This document shows, one piece after another, positions 56,040 through 56,275 of a stretch of DNA of 56,275 nt; positions within the stretch are counted from its first letter, which is position 1, and each line of letters starts with the position of its first letter. Origin of the DNA: Ascoidea asiatica JCM 7603 (Eukaryota > Fungi > Ascomycota); assembly GCA_001600695.1 (NCBI GenBank), contig BCKQ01000002.1, positions 304,613 to 360,887 of the forward strand. Direction: 5' to 3'. Position numbers and translations under genes: made by a program. The notes below the pieces were generated by a model, which made no database searches, was not told the DNA's origin, and worked only from the letters and a program-made list of their open reading frames with translations.

Positions 56040-56275
56040 CGAAGAATAACGTGAAATGCGATCAAATTGAACAGGATGTTTGTTAGATTGTTTGGTAGAC
56101 ATACACTCAGCCGGAAGTCACCATACCACGTGCTTAGCCACCATTTTATCACCCACCGGTTAAGTATTTTATTTATTTAGGACATTTATTCAAATTAGGG
56201 CGTTATAAATATTTGTGGCGCATTATCTATTTGCTTTTACAATAATGCGCTGTTTAAATCAGTGCAATTCTGTAG
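56040..56275. promoter_or_regulatory. MET30 upstream regulatory region: CACGTG (56127-56132), TGTGGCG core (56214-56220), CCGGAAGT (56111-56118)
   Basis: Cbf1-type E-box and Met31/32-type core upstream of a Met4-regulon gene. Confidence 0.6.

Overview
This is a very AT-rich budding-yeast (Saccharomycotina) nuclear chromosome segment. The base composition, the Asn/Asp homopolymer-rich proteins and the presence of URC4 would fit an Ascoidea-like lineage, but the species cannot be fixed from sequence alone. About 20 protein-coding loci are supported, in order: SUR1/CSH1-like, DGK1, AIR1/2, a short PCI-domain (Csn4-like) protein, a 121-aa orphan, a three-exon divergent eIF4E-fold gene, UTP7, RPN2, two-exon CIN2, IQG1, an IMPACT-family gene, YET/BAP31, URC4, SKG3/CAF120, MNN2-family, SYF1, AFG1, an MNN1-family gene, SCH9, a 593-aa orphan and MET30. 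The ORF track shows the eIF4E-fold gene as separate pieces and misses exon 1 of CIN2. The MNN1-family gene is interrupted by a 52-bp insert flanked by 23-bp direct repeats. No tRNA, rRNA or intact transposon was recognised. The best candidate for a new system is the spliced eIF4E-like gene. It lacks the cap-binding and eIF4G-binding tryptophans, carries APC/C-degron-like motifs in a long N-terminal arm, and has a consensus Ndt80/Sum1 middle sporulation element upstream, which together suggest a meiotic translation regulator or decoy. Also notable are GC-rich promoter islands sharing CCGGA(A/T) and GTCATGTG/TGTCACG motifs, isochore-like composition shifts inside single ORFs, and a possible SCH9 leader intron.
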